A DNA stretch of 64,000 bases, from NCBI GenBank assembly GCA_965116925.1, contig OZ220744.1:6144001-6208000 (forward strand), in the 5' to 3' direction. Within the stretch, counting starts at the first letter, position 1. Each line of letters starts with the position of its first letter. The notes below the pieces were generated by a model, which saw only the letters and a list, made by a program, of their open reading frames with translations, was not told the origin of the DNA and searched no databases. Below, one piece after another: positions 60,105 to 64,000 of this stretch. This DNA comes from Candidatus Poribacteria bacterium (GTDB lineage Bacteria; Poribacteria; WGA-4E; PCPOR2b). Made by a program: the position numbers and the translations under genes.

Positions 60105-61313
60105 ATGACTACCATTAACACTCCAATTCTCAATGATCAACAGATAGCGGACTTCCATGAGAACGGCTATGCGATTGTTCGCAATGTACTGTCCCCTGAT
60201 GAAGCGGATACATATCGTCGCGTCGTCCAAGAACAAGCACAATGCAATTCCTACCCGCCTTCGCTAAAGTATCCTGAGCCGGGAAAGTATACGATCGCCG
60301 GCAATAAGATGGCGGAATCGAGCCTCGCCTCCATTGCTGAACATCCGACGGTTGTGAATGCAGTTGAATGCGCGCTCGGTCAGCCAGCGCACCTGACCGC
60401 TTTCGTCGCGTACCTACGGAGTCCGGGGGATCGGGGTTCTGGAGGTCATTGTGACTACAAGCGTTGGCGCCCGGTTGGGTCATCCATGAACTGGGTGTTC
60501 GCTATCATTCCGCTGACCGATTTCGATACGGTGTACGGTCCCTTTATGGTGTCTCCCGGATCTCATAAGTTGGCTCAGGTTATCGACGAGGACGCACATA
60601 TCTTGGATCTCACCCGTCCCGATACCAAGCAGCTCGCGCCCTTTATCGATCCAGAGCTCAAGGCAGGCGACTTGCTAATCACAAGTGAGCATACGTGGCA
60701 TAGTGCACCCGCTGGCACGGCTACAGATGACCGTTGTGGGATTTTCCATAAATATTGTGCGGTCAACGCACCTCCATCCGCAGGCTACTATCCGTATAAT
60801 TCCGCGGCGCTTAACTCACTAAGCGATGCCGGTAAACGCCTTATCCCTGTCTGTTTCGACAAGCCCATCACGACGACGCGCTTGCTTGTTGAATGCCCGT
60901 CTGACGATGAATCGAAATATCTGCTAGTCCATGACGACGAAAACGATCGTTGGGAATTGCCCGGCGGAGAAGGCTGGGAAGAAGAAGAGGGGGTCGGCTG
61001 GGATATCGGCGCACGTATCGCTTCTCTGCAAGATCTCACAAAAACACAGCTCGAATTGGACGTTTCGTGGATGTCTTATATTGAGGATGTTGAAGAGGCA
61101 GATGGTATCTGCCGTGTCTACGGCTACGTCGATGAGTCGTTAGAGTCTAAATCGCTGGCTAATGGTCGTTATGACTGGTTCACAAAGGACCGCGTGGGAC
61201 AGATGCTCGGTAATGATGACTATATCTCTCATGCCATCCACACATGGCACCGAGATGATATCATTCGGGGCAAAGGCAAGGCGTGCCGTCAGAGCAAAGA
61301 GCAATTCGACTAG
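60105..61313 (+). CDS. PhyH family dioxygenase fused to a Nudix-like C-terminal domain
   Basis: FHENGY, GHCD (HxD), PGSHK, TWHSA; C-terminal KYLLV..RWELPGGEG. Confidence 0.75.
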   Translation: MTTINTPILNDQQIADFHENGYAIVRNVLSPDEADTYRRVVQEQAQCNSYPPSLKYPEPGKYTIAGNKMAESSLASIAEHPTVVNAVECALGQPAHLTAFVAYLRSPGDRGSGGHCDYKRWRPVGSSMNWVFAIIPLTDFDTVYGPFMVSPGSHKLAQVIDEDAHILDLTRPDTKQLAPFIDPELKAGDLLITSEHTWHSAPAGTATDDRCGIFHKYCAVNAPPSAGYYPYNSAALNSLSDAGKRLIPVCFDKPITTTRLLVECPSDDESKYLLVHDDENDRWELPGGEGWEEEEGVGWDIGARIASLQDLTKTQLELDVSWMSYIEDVEEADGICRVYGYVDESLESKSLANGRYDWFTKDRVGQMLGNDDYISHAIHTWHRDDIIRGKGKACRQSKEQFD

Positions 61314-61365
61314 CTCCGCGCTAGAAATCTCCAACGTAATCTCACAAGGAACTTCCCCATTCTTC

Positions 61366-61393
61366 GTAGGGAACGCAGATCTGCGTTCCCTAC
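61366..61393. repeat. Perfect 28-bp palindrome GTAGGGAACGCAGATCTGCGTTCCCTAC (also at 37536-37563)
   Basis: Two identical copies about 24 kb apart. Confidence 0.85.
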
Positions 61394-61395
61394 TA

Positions 61396-62481
61396 TCAGC
61401 TAGACTTGGGGAATAGCGGATCCGATAGGGCTTCCTGATAGGTCTGTCGTCTGCCGGAATGATCTCCGCCAAGCCATCGGTACGGTCTTGGATAGAGTGT
61501 CAATGAACGATTTTCCAACGGGAGCTTCAACGGGGCATTGCCCCACAGCGCGGAATACTTGGCAGCAACCGCTGCTTCGAGGGACTGGCGTAGATCATGC
61601 CCAGAGATAGCTAGTTCCCCTCCGTTTGATACCACATCAAGGAAAGACATAATCGACGTTGCCAAATAGGAGAAACGGGGATATTGCACCGGTGTGTACG
61701 AGGTTTCCACTTTAATCCGTGCCCCGTTCTGATCGAAGCCACAATAGATTTCGGGTGGTCCCCAATTCCATCGAATCAGTGTGTCGTCAGTCCATACGTC
61801 AACACCGCGATAAGGGGTCTCCTGACCGAAAACGGGGCAGATGAGACCGTTGCTCAGACGGAATTGTCCGTTGATGATCAAATCCTCATCGTTGTCGCTT
61901 TGGAGGGCTGCTTCAGGTGTGCCCCAAGCGATTACCTCAGTGATCTCTGCTTGTGCCAGAAGCCGCAGCACGGCAATATGCTGACACCCGCCGCCCGATA
62001 TCTCGCCGTTCCAGCGGTGGACACAAGCACCGCGTAGTTCACCATAGTTACCAGCGCGGAGCCAACCTGCGACCTCTTGGACCTCCGAGAGTGCTCGTTG
62101 GAGATTGCCCCCGGCAAAAACAACGCCGCGTTCCTCACATACATCGACCATTTCATCGACATCTGCCAGACACGCCCCAATCGGTTTGTCGGTGGACACG
62201 CCTTTGACACCTGCCTCGGCACTCGCGATCACCGCATCTTTTATGTACTTGCCGGGCAAAACGACAGCGGCAATGTCCGGGACAATTTCTCTATACATCG
62301 CTTCCGCGTCCGGATACAGTGCTTTAATGCCAAAACGTTCACCGACGGCGCGCCGCCGCTCTGGGTTGTATTCAGCGATGGCGACCAACTCGGTATTCGG
62401 CAGTGTCTGATACACCTCCGCGTAGTGTTGACCGAGGCGTCCGCAACCAATGATTGCAACGGTATATTTGGGTTCCGCCAT
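61396..62481 (-). CDS. Gfo/Idh/MocA family oxidoreductase
   Basis: VAIIGCGRLG, YPDAEAM, DIAAV, DKPI (EKP-like), GGGCQH. Confidence 0.85.
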   Translation of the reverse strand: MAEPKYTVAIIGCGRLGQHYAEVYQTLPNTELVAIAEYNPERRRAVGERFGIKALYPDAEAMYREIVPDIAAVVLPGKYIKDAVIASAEAGVKGVSTDKPIGACLADVDEMVDVCEERGVVFAGGNLQRALSEVQEVAGWLRAGNYGELRGACVHRWNGEISGGGCQHIAVLRLLAQAEITEVIAWGTPEAALQSDNDEDLIINGQFRLSNGLICPVFGQETPYRGVDVWTDDTLIRWNWGPPEIYCGFDQNGARIKVETSYTPVQYPRFSYLATSIMSFLDVVSNGGELAISGHDLRQSLEAAVAAKYSALWGNAPLKLPLENRSLTLYPRPYRWLGGDHSGRRQTYQEALSDPLFPKSS

Positions 62482-62528
62482 GAATGTCTCCTTCTTGCTA
62501 GGTTTCAATGGAATGCTCTAAAATCATT

Positions 62529-62677
62529 GGTTCATGTAAAGAATTAGTGCAATAAAAGCCACAGGTGGTTGTCTCCCAACTTGTTGAGGAGTTACTCTCC
62601 CCCCGCTTGCGGGGGGATTAAGGGGGGTAAGAAGCGTCACTTTACTTCGTGCTTTGCACTCTTTTTTAATATGAGCC
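62529..62677. mobile_element. MITE family A with CCCCCCGCTTGCGGGGGG cargo
   Basis: ggttcatgtaaaga...tttaatatgagcc ends; degenerate 8-bp flanks aaatcatt/agattatt. Confidence 0.65.
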
Positions 62678-62870
62678 AGATTATTATAGCACGGTAATCA
62701 TCATAGATCTAATGAATTTGAAAATCTACTTTAACGGCACCCCTGGCAAAATCTAACAAAATCTAACACTTTTAGGGTTTACGCAGCCAGTCGTAGGGGC
62801 TTGCATCCCGATTTTATCGGGGCAATAATATGGGAGAATTAAATGACCCTAATAAATCTGAGAAAAAGGG

Positions 62871-62899
62871 TTGACAGTTTTTGGCAACTGCGATACAAT
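62871..62899 (+). promoter_or_regulatory. Sigma70 promoter
   Basis: TTGACA, 17 bp, TACAAT upstream of the DUF1800 gene. Confidence 0.7.
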
Positions 62900-62996
62900 G
62901 AAAAAACCTGTTCTAGCTTGAATGTGATTGGACATCATCATCCAAAAGTCTTACTGTTTTTGGGCGATAATTGTTCGTCAATCAAAGGAGGAGAAA

Positions 62997-64000
62997 ATGT
63001 CGAATGCCGATGTTGCTTTAACTGCCCATCTGATGCGTCGTGCAGGGTTTGGCACAACGCTAACGGAGTTAGAAGAATACGTCAAAAAGGGCTACGAAAA
63101 TGTTGTTGAAGACTTAGTAGACATAGAACGTTGCCCGCCGGTTGACGAGGATATCTTGGATCGTTACTTCGGCGGTTCTGAGGGCGGGTATAGGAATACG
63201 TGGATGTTTCGGATGATTAACAGTCCACGCCCGCTTGAGGAAAAAATGGCACTTTTCTGGCACCATGTGTTCGCCACGGGTGTTGGGAAAAATCAGCATA
63301 TTCTTGCTTCTGCCCTCCAGATTGATATGCTCCGGCGCGTGGGACTTTCAAACATGCGAGAGATTCTACTCGAGCTATCGAAAGATCCAGCGATGATTTT
63401 CTGGCTTGATAATAACGAGAACCGGAAAGGTGAACCGAATGAGAACTACGGTAGGGAACTATTAGAACTGTTCTCAATGGGCGTCGGTAATTACTCAGAG
63501 GACGATATTAAAGATTGTTCTCGTGCCTTTACAGGATGGACATTCACCCAGCCTCCGCCCTTGTACCCACAAGGTTACTATCCGGCACACTTCGTGTTTA
63601 TCGAAGAGGAACACGACAATGGCGAAAAGACGTTCCTAGGTCATACAGGCAATTTGAATGGTGATGATATAATCGACATTATCGTGCAACAGCCTGCCTG
63701 CGCGAAGTTCATATCCAGACACCTGTACAACTTCTTCGTCGCGGACGAACCACAGGTCCCGTCCTGGAACGTGACGCCTCCACAAGATCCAGATGCCATT
63801 GATACGTTGTCAAACGCTTTCTTGGAGTCAGGTGGGGATATACGCCATGTCCTCAGAACGCTCTTTAACTCCGATTTCTTCAAGGAAGCACGATTCAAAA
63901 AGGTTAAGAGTCCTACAGAGCTTGTTACAGGTATCCTGAAGCTGGTAGGGACTCATCAACAGCCCGAGCTGGGCATGGCGAAATATCCGGGAGCCACCGC
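62997..64000 (+). CDS. DUF1800 family protein (3'-partial; absent from the ORF track)
   Basis: AGGAGG RBS; MSNADVALTAHLMRRAGFG, PLEEKMALFWHHVFAT, PNENYGRELLELFSMG. Confidence 0.9.
   Translation, partial: MSNADVALTAHLMRRAGFGTTLTELEEYVKKGYENVVEDLVDIERCPPVDEDILDRYFGGSEGGYRNTWMFRMINSPRPLEEKMALFWHHVFATGVGKNQHILASALQIDMLRRVGLSNMREILLELSKDPAMIFWLDNNENRKGEPNENYGRELLELFSMGVGNYSEDDIKDCSRAFTGWTFTQPPPLYPQGYYPAHFVFIEEEHDNGEKTFLGHTGNLNGDDIIDIIVQQPACAKFISRHLYNFFVADEPQVPSWNVTPPQDPDAIDTLSNAFLESGGDIRHVLRTLFNSDFFKEARFKKVKSPTELVTGILKLVGTHQQPELGMAKYPGAT

Overview
Bacterial chromosomal segment of moderate GC. The gene content suggests a sponge-symbiont Candidatus Poribacteria-like genome (inference only): internalin-type LRR proteins with dockerin and YPNPFNPETWIPY C-termini, eight PhyH-family dioxygenases, and an Rpn nuclease. 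Housekeeping genes are guaB, an orphan nuoI, recQ, ppdK, sodC and an XdhC-family gene. There is a complete Pup-proteasome operon (arc-dop-pup-prcB-prcA-pafA) behind a consensus sigma70 promoter. Defence and mobile content: a DUF1156 methylase and DUF499 ATPase pair split by a RAYT transposase with a REP array that holds in-frame variant copies of the methylase 3' end; two tnpA-less TnpB elements; an IS982 inside a HEPN gene; a MITE-disrupted MazF gene; and an Rpn gene with an internal RBS and ATG. Intergenic DNA is dominated by at least four families of miniature inverted-repeat shells carrying variable, sometimes nested, REP-like hairpin cargo. Three tandem PhyH paralogues have HxG in place of HxD, as in Fe/2OG halogenases. 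No rRNA, tRNA or CRISPR array was seen. All calls come from reading the sequence; no searches were run.
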